DNA of 64,000 nt from Halanaerobiales bacterium (GTDB taxonomy: Bacteria; Bacillota; Halanaerobiia; Halanaerobiales; M55B127): contig JAGXLU010000003.1 in assembly GCA_018334565.1 (NCBI GenBank), positions 19,475 through 83,474 on the forward strand. Direction: 5' to 3'. The position numbers were made by a program, and so were the translations under genes. Below, one piece after another: positions 48,525-58,200 of this stretch. How positions within the stretch are numbered: position 1 is the first letter of the stretch; each line of letters begins with the position of its first letter. The notes below the pieces were generated by a model, which was given only the letters and a program-made list of their open reading frames with translations, was not told the origin of the DNA and ran no database searches.

Positions 48525-51361
48525 TGCGCTATGAAAATATTTTTATAAGGGATTTTGGTATCTTAAATAATTCAGAGCTAAATAATTTGAATCCCAATTT
48601 TAATATCATCGGAGGGGGTAATAGGGCAGGTAAAACCACCTTATTAAATGTTCTGCGGTATATAGGTTATGGTATTCCCCAAAGCAATGAATTACCTCCT
48701 GCCCGGAGTAGATATGGAATTGAGGCTATATTAGCTGATAAAAAAAATAGATATAATCTTTTAATAGAAGGTTATGCTAATCCTAAAGTTAATATTATAA
48801 ATGACGTAAAATTTACAGGTCAGAATATTTTTTCAGAAGTAGATCGTTTTACATATAAACAGATTTTCACCATAACATTAGAGGAATTAAAAAGGCTACC
48901 AAAAGGGGTTTCTGATAAAGAAAAATTGCAAGCTGTTTTAATGGGAGCTGGTTTAAAAGAATATATTCTTCTGCCCAAGTTGCAGGAATATTTTGCATCT
49001 GAGGCCAAAAGTATTGGAGGAGAATATGGTAAAATAAATGTGTCTCGATTTAAAGAATATAATCAAAATATTCAAGAGGGAATAGAATTAAAAAAAGAAG
49101 CTAAAACTCAGGTAAAAGAATATTATGATTTAAAGAGTGAATATAAAAAAATCCAAAATAAAATTGATGTTTTTCAAAATAGAATAAAAGATAAACAGCA
49201 AAAAAAGAACCGCCTGGACTTAATTAAAAGTAATTATGAAAAAATCAATGAGATGATAAATATTAAAGAAGAATTTAAAAAAGAAAAATATTCGATGAAC
49301 ATATCCAGTCAAAGCAAATTTTATCCCCAAAAAGCTACAGAACTTCATGATGAATATAAAAAAATAAATAATGAAATTAAAGAGCTTAGTGAAGATTTTC
49401 AGTATAAGTCAGGTAATAATTTTAATGAAGTAATCCAGATACAATTATTAAATGCAAAAAATAAAATTGATTTATATTATAATGATATATCTGGATTGAG
49501 AGAAAGATTTAAAAATATTAATGAAAAAAGAACCGACTTAAATCAAAAATTAGAAAGCCTAAAAAACGAAGCATTTCAGTTAAGTGAAGAGATAGCTGGA
49601 AATTTAAAAATTTTAGAAAATTTAGATGCAAATATAGAATATAAAAATTACTTAAGAAAACATTTTTCTAATTTTGAAGAGTTAGAAATTAAAATTAAGG
49701 CTAAGAAAGATAAAATAGAGCAAATAAATAGAAATATTGAATTAAAAAAAGATCAAATAAATAAATTGAAAAAAGATAGTTCTACAAGCAAAAATCATCA
49801 ATATATGTTATTTTTATCGATCTTGTTTACGATAGTGATATCTTCACTTGTATTTATCGATGTTCGGTTTGCCTGGTTATTTATTTTAGATGCTATATTT
49901 ATTTATAAAAGCTATATTAACCATCAGAGAAAAGAAGAGTTTTTAAAAGAAAATAATATTTATGAAAATGAATTAGAAAGTTACAAAAGTGAAAAAAAAA
50001 TATTAAAAGAAGAACTAAAAAATGATCTAAAAAACAAAAATGAAGTGGAGAAAGTATTTAATGAGTTAACAAAACAGTTGAAACTTGAGGGAGATATACA
50101 GCCAAGTCTACTCAAAGAATATTATGAAGATTTGTTGGACCTCAAGGCTAAATATATAGAATATAAAGACTACAAGAAAAAATTCATGGTTAAAGAAAAT
50201 AAATTTGAAACAGAAATAAATAAAATCTATAATTTTTTAAGTAATTTCAAAGCTGTACTTTATCTTAAAAAGATTACTGAGAATAATTTATATGAGCATA
50301 TTGAAGATTTAATAAAGTTTATTGAAGATATCTTAGAATATAAGGATTTGGTACAGGATATTAAAAACAAAGCCAATGAGAAAAAAGCATTGAAAGATGA
50401 GATAATAAAATTGGATGGTATGGATTATATTGAAAAGAAAGAAAGAGGTCTATATACAATTGTCAAAGATTATAAAGACACTGCTCAAATAGTCAATGAA
50501 TATAGAAATAAAAAAGAAAAATTAAAAGATATTGAAAGTAATTTGACAAACATCACTGAACAAATGAAAAATGCCTTTGAAATTAATAGTAGACTTAGCG
50601 ATGAAGAAATAGTTTTAAAATATATAAAAGAATACAATAAATATTTCTCATATGAAAATATTTCAGAAGAATATGAGTCCATAACAAAAGAAATGAGTAA
50701 ATTAGCTGACGACTTAGAAAAGAAAAAGAATAAAAAAGAAAAAATAAAATTTAAAATGGATGATCTCTCAACAGAAGAAAAGCTTATTAAGGCAGAAAAT
50801 AAAATTAATAAGGCCAGGCAAAATTTAAAACCACTTGCAGAGAAATATGCAGCAAATAAACTTGCAGCAAACTTACTGAACAAATATTGGGTGGATTTTA
50901 TTAATAAGAAAAAAGAAAGACTTTTAAATAAAGCAGGTAAAATAATTTCAAAAATTACGTCTGATAAATATAATAAAATAGAACCGCTGGATAATTTTAA
51001 GAATATCAATTTCAAAGTACAGGAAAAAAATGGGCGTACAATAAATAATACAGATTATTTAAGTAGGGGGACGAGGGAGCAACTATATATGGCCATTAGA
51101 ATAAATAGAATTATGGAAATCAAACCTTGTTTACCGGTTATTATTGATGATTCACTAGTTAATTATGATCCAAAGCATCTAAAAAATATATTTGAGATTA
51201 TAAATAATCTTAAAAATCGCAATCAAATATTCTATTTAACTTGTCATCCTGAACAAATTGAATATCTGAATAAAATTATTGACAATAAGAATTTCTATTA
51301 TTTAAATAATGGCAAGTTCAAACAAGTTAACAAGTCTAAATTGATTAAAAATCTCAACTGA
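48521..51361 (+). CDS. Rad50/SbcC-like AAA ATPase with long coiled coil (YhaN/SbcE-like)
   Basis: Walker A GGGNRAGKTT, C-terminal signature LSRGTREQLY, Walker B PVIIDDSLVNYD. About 700 aa of K/E-rich heptads with a hydrophobic hairpin in the middle. ATGA overlap with the upstream nuclease gene. Confidence 0.8.
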   Translation: MMRYENIFIRDFGILNNSELNNLNPNFNIIGGGNRAGKTTLLNVLRYIGYGIPQSNELPPARSRYGIEAILADKKNRYNLLIEGYANPKVNIINDVKFTGQNIFSEVDRFTYKQIFTITLEELKRLPKGVSDKEKLQAVLMGAGLKEYILLPKLQEYFASEAKSIGGEYGKINVSRFKEYNQNIQEGIELKKEAKTQVKEYYDLKSEYKKIQNKIDVFQNRIKDKQQKKNRLDLIKSNYEKINEMINIKEEFKKEKYSMNISSQSKFYPQKATELHDEYKKINNEIKELSEDFQYKSGNNFNEVIQIQLLNAKNKIDLYYNDISGLRERFKNINEKRTDLNQKLESLKNEAFQLSEEIAGNLKILENLDANIEYKNYLRKHFSNFEELEIKIKAKKDKIEQINRNIELKKDQINKLKKDSSTSKNHQYMLFLSILFTIVISSLVFIDVRFAWLFILDAIFIYKSYINHQRKEEFLKENNIYENELESYKSEKKILKEELKNDLKNKNEVEKVFNELTKQLKLEGDIQPSLLKEYYEDLLDLKAKYIEYKDYKKKFMVKENKFETEINKIYNFLSNFKAVLYLKKITENNLYEHIEDLIKFIEDILEYKDLVQDIKNKANEKKALKDEIIKLDGMDYIEKKERGLYTIVKDYKDTAQIVNEYRNKKEKLKDIESNLTNITEQMKNAFEINSRLSDEEIVLKYIKEYNKYFSYENISEEYESITKEMSKLADDLEKKKNKKEKIKFKMDDLSTEEKLIKAENKINKARQNLKPLAEKYAANKLAANLLNKYWVDFINKKKERLLNKAGKIISKITSDKYNKIEPLDNFKNINFKVQEKNGRTINNTDYLSRGTREQLYMAIRINRIMEIKPCLPVIIDDSLVNYDPKHLKNIFEIINNLKNRNQIFYLTCHPEQIEYLNKIIDNKNFYYLNNGKFKQVNKSKLIKNLN

Positions 51362-51391
51362 AAAATTATAATAGAAAGTGAGCTGTTTAAA

Positions 51392-51586
51392 ATGACAACT
51401 TGGCTATTAATTATATTAGGTTTGGTATTCTATTTTTTTTATAAAAAAGGTTATATAATTAAAAAATATAAAAAAAGTGAAGACACGAAAAAATATATAT
51501 TAAAAAAAGCAAAAGAAAAATTAAATAATAAAGAAATCAATGAAAGTGAATATCAGAAGATAAAAGATGAAATTAATAACAGCTAA
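51392..51586 (+). CDS. small membrane protein with SHOCT-like C-terminus
   Basis: N-terminal TM (TTWLLIILGLVFYFFY) and C-terminal ..INESEYQKIKDEI.. resembling the SHOCT motif. Confidence 0.45.
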   Translation: MTTWLLIILGLVFYFFYKKGYIIKKYKKSEDTKKYILKKAKEKLNNKEINESEYQKIKDEINNS

Positions 51587-51630
51587 TATTTTTTTAAAAA
51601 TAATTATATTGTTTTCAAGGAGGTATTTTT

Positions 51631-52947
51631 ATGAAGTATAACATATTATACATTCATTCACATGATACAGGTCGTTACATAGAGCCTTACGGACATCTTA
51701 TTCCAACTCCTAATTTGAAAAGGTTGGCTAAAGAAGGTGTGATTTTTAGAAAATCATTTAGTACTGCACCCACCTGTTCACCCAGCAGAGCAAGTTTTCT
51801 GACCGGTCAGTATCCTCACAATAATGGTCAATATGGCCTTGTTAATAGAGGCTTTGAATTACCTGATACAGATAAACACATAGTCAATTTATTAAAAGAA
51901 GAAAAATATCATAATATTCTTATTGGAATGCAGCATATTAGAAAGAATTCTGATAGTATAGGATATAATCAGGTTGTAGATGTTAAAGATAATTATGAAA
52001 AAAATGTTACTCCTGCAGCAGTGAATTATATAAAAGATAAAATTAGGGCACCCTTTTTTTTAAGTGTTGGTTATGAAGAGACACATAGGCCCTTTCATTC
52101 CATAAATGATGAAGACGATCCCAAATATATCGATACACCAAAACCTATTCCTGATACCAAAGAAACCAGACAGGATATGGCTGCTTTTAAAGCAAGTGCG
52201 GGAATTCTTGATCAGGGCATAGGGAGTGTTATAGCAGCTTTAAAGAACCAAGGTTTTTATGAGAAAACAATAATAATTTACACAACAGATCATGGTATAG
52301 CCTTTCCCGGTATGAAATGTACTTTAACAGATCATGGAACAGGAGTTGCCTTAATCATCAGGGCTCCAAAGTATTTCAAGGGTGGTCAAGTTATGGATGC
52401 TTTAGTTTCACATATAGATGTTTATCCTACAATATGTGATTTGATTGAGGTTGATAAACCTATGTGGCTACAGGGTAAATCACTTTTACCTTTGATAGTA
52501 GATGGTAAAAAGGAAGTAAATGACGAAATATTTGCTGAAGTAAATTACCATACTTCCTATGAACCAATGCGTTCAGTGAGAACTAAACGATGGAAATATA
52601 TTAGAAGGTTTCGCAATCGCACAAAACCGTTTTTAAGCAATACAGATGAAAGTCCCAGCAAAGAATTATGGGTAAATAGTGGTTGGCAAAATTCATTTAT
52701 TTCATCAGAAGAACTTTATGATTTGATATTAGATCCCAATGAAGCAAATAATTTAATTTCAGATCATAGTAAAAAAGACATTTTAAAGGTAATGAGAGAT
52801 AAACTGGATAACTGGATGAAAAAAACTAATGATCCTCTTTGCAAAGGTCAAGTTCCCAAGCCAGAAAAAGCAGTAGTGAGTGATGATGAAGATCAAAAAG
52901 CTGAAGATATTTGGAATTATACAGATCAGCCTGAGGAATATCATTAA
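51631..52947 (+). CDS. Cys-type sulfatase (alkaline-phosphatase superfamily), no signal peptide
   Basis: C-x-P-x-R formylglycine motif APTCSPSRASFLTGQYPH. ..YTTDHG.. motif present. The N-terminus lacks a hydrophobic leader. Confidence 0.85.
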   Translation: MKYNILYIHSHDTGRYIEPYGHLIPTPNLKRLAKEGVIFRKSFSTAPTCSPSRASFLTGQYPHNNGQYGLVNRGFELPDTDKHIVNLLKEEKYHNILIGMQHIRKNSDSIGYNQVVDVKDNYEKNVTPAAVNYIKDKIRAPFFLSVGYEETHRPFHSINDEDDPKYIDTPKPIPDTKETRQDMAAFKASAGILDQGIGSVIAALKNQGFYEKTIIIYTTDHGIAFPGMKCTLTDHGTGVALIIRAPKYFKGGQVMDALVSHIDVYPTICDLIEVDKPMWLQGKSLLPLIVDGKKEVNDEIFAEVNYHTSYEPMRSVRTKRWKYIRRFRNRTKPFLSNTDESPSKELWVNSGWQNSFISSEELYDLILDPNEANNLISDHSKKDILKVMRDKLDNWMKKTNDPLCKGQVPKPEKAVVSDDEDQKAEDIWNYTDQPEEYH

Positions 52948-53002
52948 AATTGGTAGTAGTAAATAAAATATAGAGTTGCTAATTAGAAGGAGTATATGTC
53001 TT

Positions 53003-54214
53003 ATGTTAGGGCACACTTTTAACATTATGGCTTTTCCAGCAGGGCCTAAATGCAATTTGAATTGTGAATATTGTTATTATTTAGATAAGATTAAATTATA
53101 TCCTAATACCAATAACTTTATGATGAGTTATCAAATATTAAAAATGTATATAAAACAGTATGTAGAAGCCTATTCAGGCTCTGATATAAATTTCATATGG
53201 CAGGGGGGTGAACCTACTTTACGAGGACTTAAATTTTTTAAAAAAGCAGTTGAACTTGAAAAAAAATATGTGCCAAAACATTTATCAATTCATAATAATT
53301 TCCAAACAAATGGTATACTTATAGATCAACAGTGGGCTAATTTTTTTTTAAGGGAAGATTTTTTGGTGGGATTAAGTATAGATGGTCCAGATTATATACA
53401 TGATCAATATCGCAGAGACAAACAAGGCAACCCAACTCATAAGCGAGTGATGAAGAGCTTAAAAGTATTAAAAACATATAATATTAAATACAATGTATTA
53501 TGTGTTGTTAATAATTTAAATGTAAAAAAACCAACTCAAATTTATAATTTTTTTAAAAAAAAGAAAATAAGGTATCTACAATTCATACCGCTTGTAGAGA
53601 CAGATCAAAAAGGAAAGATAAGTAAAAGGACTGTTCAACCGGAAAATTATAAAAAATTTCTCATAGAATTATTTAATGAGTGGATTTTAAATGATTATGG
53701 CAATATATATATCCAGTTTTTTGAAGAGTGTGTTAAAGCCTGGCTGGGTATCAAAACAAATTTATGTACTGTTTCAGAATACTGTGCTAACAATTTTGCA
53801 TTGGAGCATAATGGTGATCTATATTCATGTGATCACTATGTTTATCTTAAAAATAAGCTTGGCAATATCCAGGACAAAAAAATAGTTGATTTGATTCATT
53901 CATCTAAACAGTTTAAATTTGCTGAATTAAAGATAAGTGAGTTACCAGAAGTCTGTCGTGAATGCAAATATTTTTTTGTCTGCCATGGAGGTTGTCCAAA
54001 AAACAGGTTAAAAGAGTATAAATCAAGTGGTAAAAAAATTAATTATTTATGTGAGGCCTATAAAGGGTTTTTTAATTATGCGTTTCCTTATTTTGAATCT
54101 ATGGCTAATGGGATTAGACTGTGTAAAAAGCCTACTGAAATACAAAGTGAACTCATAAAAATTTATAAAGACTACGAAGATAAATGTGATTCCAATTGTT
54201 GTTTTTTTAATTAA
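53003..54214 (+). CDS. anaerobic sulfatase-maturating enzyme (radical SAM / SPASM)
   Basis: CNLNCEYCYY radical SAM cluster and C-terminal Cys-rich SPASM motifs (C.EC.Y...C.GGCPK.R). Adjacent to the sulfatase. ATG 53003 lies 10 nt after AAGGAG. Confidence 0.85.
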   Translation: MLGHTFNIMAFPAGPKCNLNCEYCYYLDKIKLYPNTNNFMMSYQILKMYIKQYVEAYSGSDINFIWQGGEPTLRGLKFFKKAVELEKKYVPKHLSIHNNFQTNGILIDQQWANFFLREDFLVGLSIDGPDYIHDQYRRDKQGNPTHKRVMKSLKVLKTYNIKYNVLCVVNNLNVKKPTQIYNFFKKKKIRYLQFIPLVETDQKGKISKRTVQPENYKKFLIELFNEWILNDYGNIYIQFFEECVKAWLGIKTNLCTVSEYCANNFALEHNGDLYSCDHYVYLKNKLGNIQDKKIVDLIHSSKQFKFAELKISELPEVCRECKYFFVCHGGCPKNRLKEYKSSGKKINYLCEAYKGFFNYAFPYFESMANGIRLCKKPTEIQSELIKIYKDYEDKCDSNCCFFN

Positions 54215-54342
54215 ACTTTCCAGTGATTTTAATGATTGCTAAAGTTATTTTAATTAGATATAATTTAATAAATTACTGGATTTAAGTTTTTTTATTTGTT
54301 AATATATTTAAGTAAGTTAATATTTTTATTAGGGGATTTTTT

Positions 54343-54885
54343 ATGAATATCATATTAATAGCAGTGGCATTGTCATTAGATGCTTCTGGAGTATCTATGG
54401 CGATAGGCTGTGGTACAAAATTAAATTTTAAAAAGATTCTTTCTTTAATATTTTCTTTTGGTTTTTTCCAATTTCTCTTAGCCTTTATGGGTGGTTTATT
54501 TGGTAGTTATATTAATAATAAAATTATTATTATTAGTGACCTTGCCGGTGGTTTTATAATTTTAACCATAGGTTTGATCTTTTTTTATGAGGGTTTTAAG
54601 AAAAAAGAAGCTTGTATATATAGAAAACTAACCCTTATATATGTTGCTATTTTGGGTATAAGTGTAAGTATCGATGCATTAGGAGTTGGTTTTTCTGTCT
54701 TACATAAAGAAGTATTATTTAATATGTTCCAAATGTCAATAATTATAGGTATTATAACAGCTATCTTTACATCTATTTCTCTTTATGTCATTAGTTATTT
54801 AAAAAAGATTATATTAGTAGAAAAGTTTGCGGACTTTATTGCTGGATTTATATTGATAATATTTGGAATTAATATGATATTGTAA
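54343..54885 (+). CDS. mntP: manganese efflux pump MntP family protein
   Basis: 180 aa, 6 TM segments. Duplicated ..SLDA.GV.. / ..SIDALGVG.. DUF204 motifs. Confidence 0.8.
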   Translation: MNIILIAVALSLDASGVSMAIGCGTKLNFKKILSLIFSFGFFQFLLAFMGGLFGSYINNKIIIISDLAGGFIILTIGLIFFYEGFKKKEACIYRKLTLIYVAILGISVSIDALGVGFSVLHKEVLFNMFQMSIIIGIITAIFTSISLYVISYLKKIILVEKFADFIAGFILIIFGINMIL

Positions 54886-54984
54886 TTAGCATGCAGGATA
54901 TTTAATTAAATTAAAGAATAAATAAAAGTAAAGAATTAATAATAATTTTTATATAAACAATTTCATTTCTAAAAATTATATGAT

Positions 54985-55000
54985 AGGACAAATGTCCTAA
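54985..55000 (+). repeat. 16-bp element AGGACAAATGTCCTAA, copy 1 (6-bp palindromic arms AGGACA/TGTCCT)
   Basis: Identical 16-mer recurs at 59793-59808 in the same orientation. Loosely similar TAA-T5-6-AAA..ATTTTG follows both copies. Confidence 0.8.
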
Positions 55001-55192
55001 GTGTAAATTTTTTAAAAATAAATTTTGTTACTCTACAACTTAATTTCTTAATTATTATGAGATTAAAATTGCTGGTATAAGTGGCATTGGTTGATATTAT
55101 CTTTTTAATTAAGATAAGAGTATTTATATGAAATATACAAAAATTACTATGCAAAGTTTCATTTTATAAGGGGTAGTTTTGTTTAGCAATAC

Positions 55193-55218
55193 CCTAACTT
55201 TTTTAAGTTAGGTTTTTA
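55193..55218 (+). terminator. terminator-like hairpin 22 nt upstream of the nrdD start (candidate attenuator)
   Basis: CCTAACTT-TTTT-AAGTTAGG perfect 8-bp stem followed by TTTTTA. The nrdD SD AAAGGAGG follows immediately. Confidence 0.5.
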
Positions 55219-55239
55219 TATTTTAAAGGAGGCTTATTA

Positions 55240-58200
55240 ATGGGTTTAAAATATGTCAAAAAACGTGATGGTACAACTGTTAAATTTAATACAGATAAGA
55301 TAAAAAACGCTGTTTTAAAAGCAGCTTCAGCTGTAGATTTAGATGATGAAAATATCGGAGAGATAATAACACAGGAAGTAATATCTTATTTAAAAATATT
55401 TTTTGGAGAAAAAGGAATTCCTGAAGTTGAACAAATTCAAGATTTGGTAGAAAAAGTATTAATTGAAAAAGGCTATGCCGAGGTTGCTAAAGCGTATATT
55501 TTATATAGAGAACAACATAAAAAAATAAGAGATACAAAGAAATTATTTAATGACGCAATTGATGCCATGAATGATTATTTAGATTTAGAAGATTGGAAAG
55601 TTAAAGAAAATAGTAATATGGGATATTCTCTACAGGGTTTAAATAATTTTATATCATCAGAAGTAACCTCTCAATACTGGTTACAGGAGGTTTATCCTCC
55701 AGAAGCAGGTGAAAGACATCTTGATGGTGATTTTCACATTCATGATCTTGGTAATCTGAGTGTTTATTGCTGTGGGTGGGATCTTGAAGATTTCTTAAAA
55801 ACAGGTTTTAGGGGTGTATCCACAAAAATTGAAAGCAAACCTCCAAAACACTTAAAAACTGCTTTAGGACAAATGGTCAACTTCTTTTTTACTCTACAAG
55901 GAGAAGCAGCCGGCGCTATGGCTTTTTCAAACTTTGATACTTTGTTAGCCCCCTATATAGCTTATGATGACTTAGAATATAAAGAGGTTAAACAAGCCAT
56001 GCAGGAATTTTTATTTAATATGAATGTTCCTACAAGGGTAGGCTTTCAAACTCCCTTTACTAATATAACTATGGACTTAACAGTGCCTAATCATTATAAA
56101 GATAGTCCTGTTTTTATAGGTGGGGAAATGAAGGATAGAACTTATGATGAGTTTCAAAAAGAGATGGATTTAATAAATAAGGCCTTTGCTGAAGTAATGA
56201 TGTCCGGAGATTCAAAAGGAAGAGTATTTTCATTTCCAATACCAACCTATAATATTACTCCCGATTTTGATTGGAACAAGCCTTTATTAAATCCAGTTTG
56301 GGAAATGACAGCAAAATATGGAATTCCTTATTTCTGTCTGGATGAAGATACTGAACTAATAACCGATAAGGGAATTAAACAAATAAAAAATTTAAGAATA
56401 AATGAAGATAAAGTTTTAGGAGAAAATGGAAAATTTTATTCAGTTAATAACTATATAAAAAATACACATTCTGAATATATAGAAATTACTACAGAAAATG
56501 AGAAAATAATAAGATGTTCTAAAAATCATAGGTTTCCTACTCAAAATGGTATAAAAAAAGCTGTTAATTTATCTATAAATGATCAATTAAAAGAATATAA
56601 TAAAAAAATAATTTTTAAAAATGGATTTGAATTGTCTTATAAAAATCAGTCTTACTTTAATTTATTTAATCAAAAGGGAAAAGAAATAAATATTAAAGAT
56701 GTAGATAAAAACAGTAAAGACCAATTTTACTGTTTACAACCTAATCCAAAAGATAAAATAGATAAAGATAAACAATCCTTATCAGAATTTGAGAAAGACC
56801 ATGGAGGCCATAGAAATAATAATTCTTTTAAAGATAAAAAAAGTAAAGATTGTATATATTTATTTATCAAAAAAATAATAGAAAATAATAATTATGTTTC
56901 TATAAGTAGTTTAAAAAGAGTAGAAAAAGAAATTAATACGGTTGATATTACTGTTGATAATAAAAGCCATTTATTTTTATTAGCAAATGAAATATTAACT
57001 CACAACTCTAATTTTGTTAACTCAGATATGGATCCAGAAGATGCAAGAAGTATGTGCTTATATCCTGATGAGACAATCCTTATAAGATATCAAAATGAGA
57101 TAAAAAAATATACAATTGGAAAATTATTTGATCAGTTTAAAGGTGAGAATATTGATGATGAATGGTATCAAACAAATAAAAAGGTAGAAGTGATTTCATT
57201 AAATCCGGATACGGGTAAATTAGAATGGGCTGATGTAAATAAGTTTTTAAAAGTTACTGGTGATAAACTTATCACAATTACTACAAAAGACGGGAAGACT
57301 ATGAAAATATCAAAAGATCATTTAGTAGCTGTTTATGAAAAAAATGGGATAACTACTAAAAAAGCAATGGATATAGATGAAAAAGATCTTTTATTAGTTA
57401 TGAGAAGTGACAGTGAAATTTTAAATAAAGATTCAGATAAAGAAGATACCAGGGTTATTAAAACACAACATGACTTCAAAACAGGTAATATGCAAAAGCA
57501 GGTAATTAAAGATAAACTCTATAATATGTCCCCTCAATTTTTAGTGGAGGAGGATTCTTTAAATGAAAAAGGTAATAAACCAAATCAAGTAAATGAATAT
57601 AAAACAATTGGCTTATCTACTATAGATAAGTTGGAATTATCAAATCACAAGGTTGATTTTTTAAATAGACCTGATTATGATGTGGTTAAATTAGATGAAA
57701 TAAATGTAGAAAGTTTAAATCATGAGCAAGAATTTTATGATATTGAGCTTAAAGAAAACCATTACTTTGTACACTCAGATAATAATATCAGCCACAATTG
57801 CTGCAGGTTAAGGCTAGATAATAGGGAGTTGAGAAAAAGAGGGGGAGGTTTATTTGGTGCAAATCCCATGACAGGCTCAATTGGGGTTGTTACTTTAAAT
57901 ATGCCCCGCATTGGGTACATATCAAAAAACAAAAATGATTATTTAGAGCGCGTTTTTCAATTAATGGATTTAGCTAAAGAAAGTTTGGAAATAAAAAGAA
58001 CTATTTTAGAAAGCTTAACAGAGCAAGGTCTTTACCCCTACTCAAGATTTTATCTAAGAAATATAAAAAAGAGATTTGATGAGTACTGGAAAAATCACTT
58101 TAATACAATTGGAATTAATGGGATGAATGAATCTCTTATCAATTTTATGGGGAAAAATCTCAGTGATAAGGCGGCCAAAGATTTTGCTGTTGAAGTTATG

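Noticed and set aside
479-51015. Numerous antisense or alternative-frame ORFs of 60-176 aa in the supplied track. Examples: 479-739(-), 1384-1605(-), 9096-9362(-), 12303-12623(-), 13051-13422(-), 13931-14215(-), 15294-15560(-), 20745-21146(-), 23041-23496(-), 27004-27333(-), 27766-28047(-), 33182-33622(-), 33629-34015(-), 36163-36444(-), 50485-51015(-), 31710-31904(+), 53691-53885(+).
   Set aside because: Each lies entirely inside, or largely overlaps, a well-supported conserved gene on the other strand or frame. They have low-complexity I/L/F/S/K-rich translations typical of shadow ORFs in AT-rich DNA, and no SD sequences.
46656-51361. Methyltransferase plus Mre11-like nuclease plus Rad50-like ATPase next to a tRNA gene, considered as a possible novel anti-phage defence island.
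   Set aside because: The nuclease and ATPase pair matches the conserved Firmicute YhaO/YhaN (SbcF/SbcE) repair genes. The methyltransferase looks like the housekeeping YtqB/MnmM RNA methylase rather than a DNA methyltransferase. No integrase, tRNA-derived direct repeat or other defence hallmark was seen.
54215-54342. Possible yybP-ykoY manganese riboswitch upstream of mntP.
   Set aside because: The 128-nt region is AT-rich and lacks the conserved GGGGAGUAG-type core and four-way-junction helices.
54969-55154. 61-aa reverse-strand ORF in the nrdD upstream region.
   Set aside because: No SD and a low-complexity translation. It overlaps the palindromic repeat and the putative nrdD leader, so I treated the region as non-coding.
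56335-57798. Homing endonuclease domains inside the two NrdD inteins.
   Set aside because: No LAGLIDADG, HNH or GIY-YIG motif is recognisable. The sizes (224 and 248 aa) and the K/N-rich linkers fit mini-inteins with degenerate inserts. This cannot be excluded without HMM searches.
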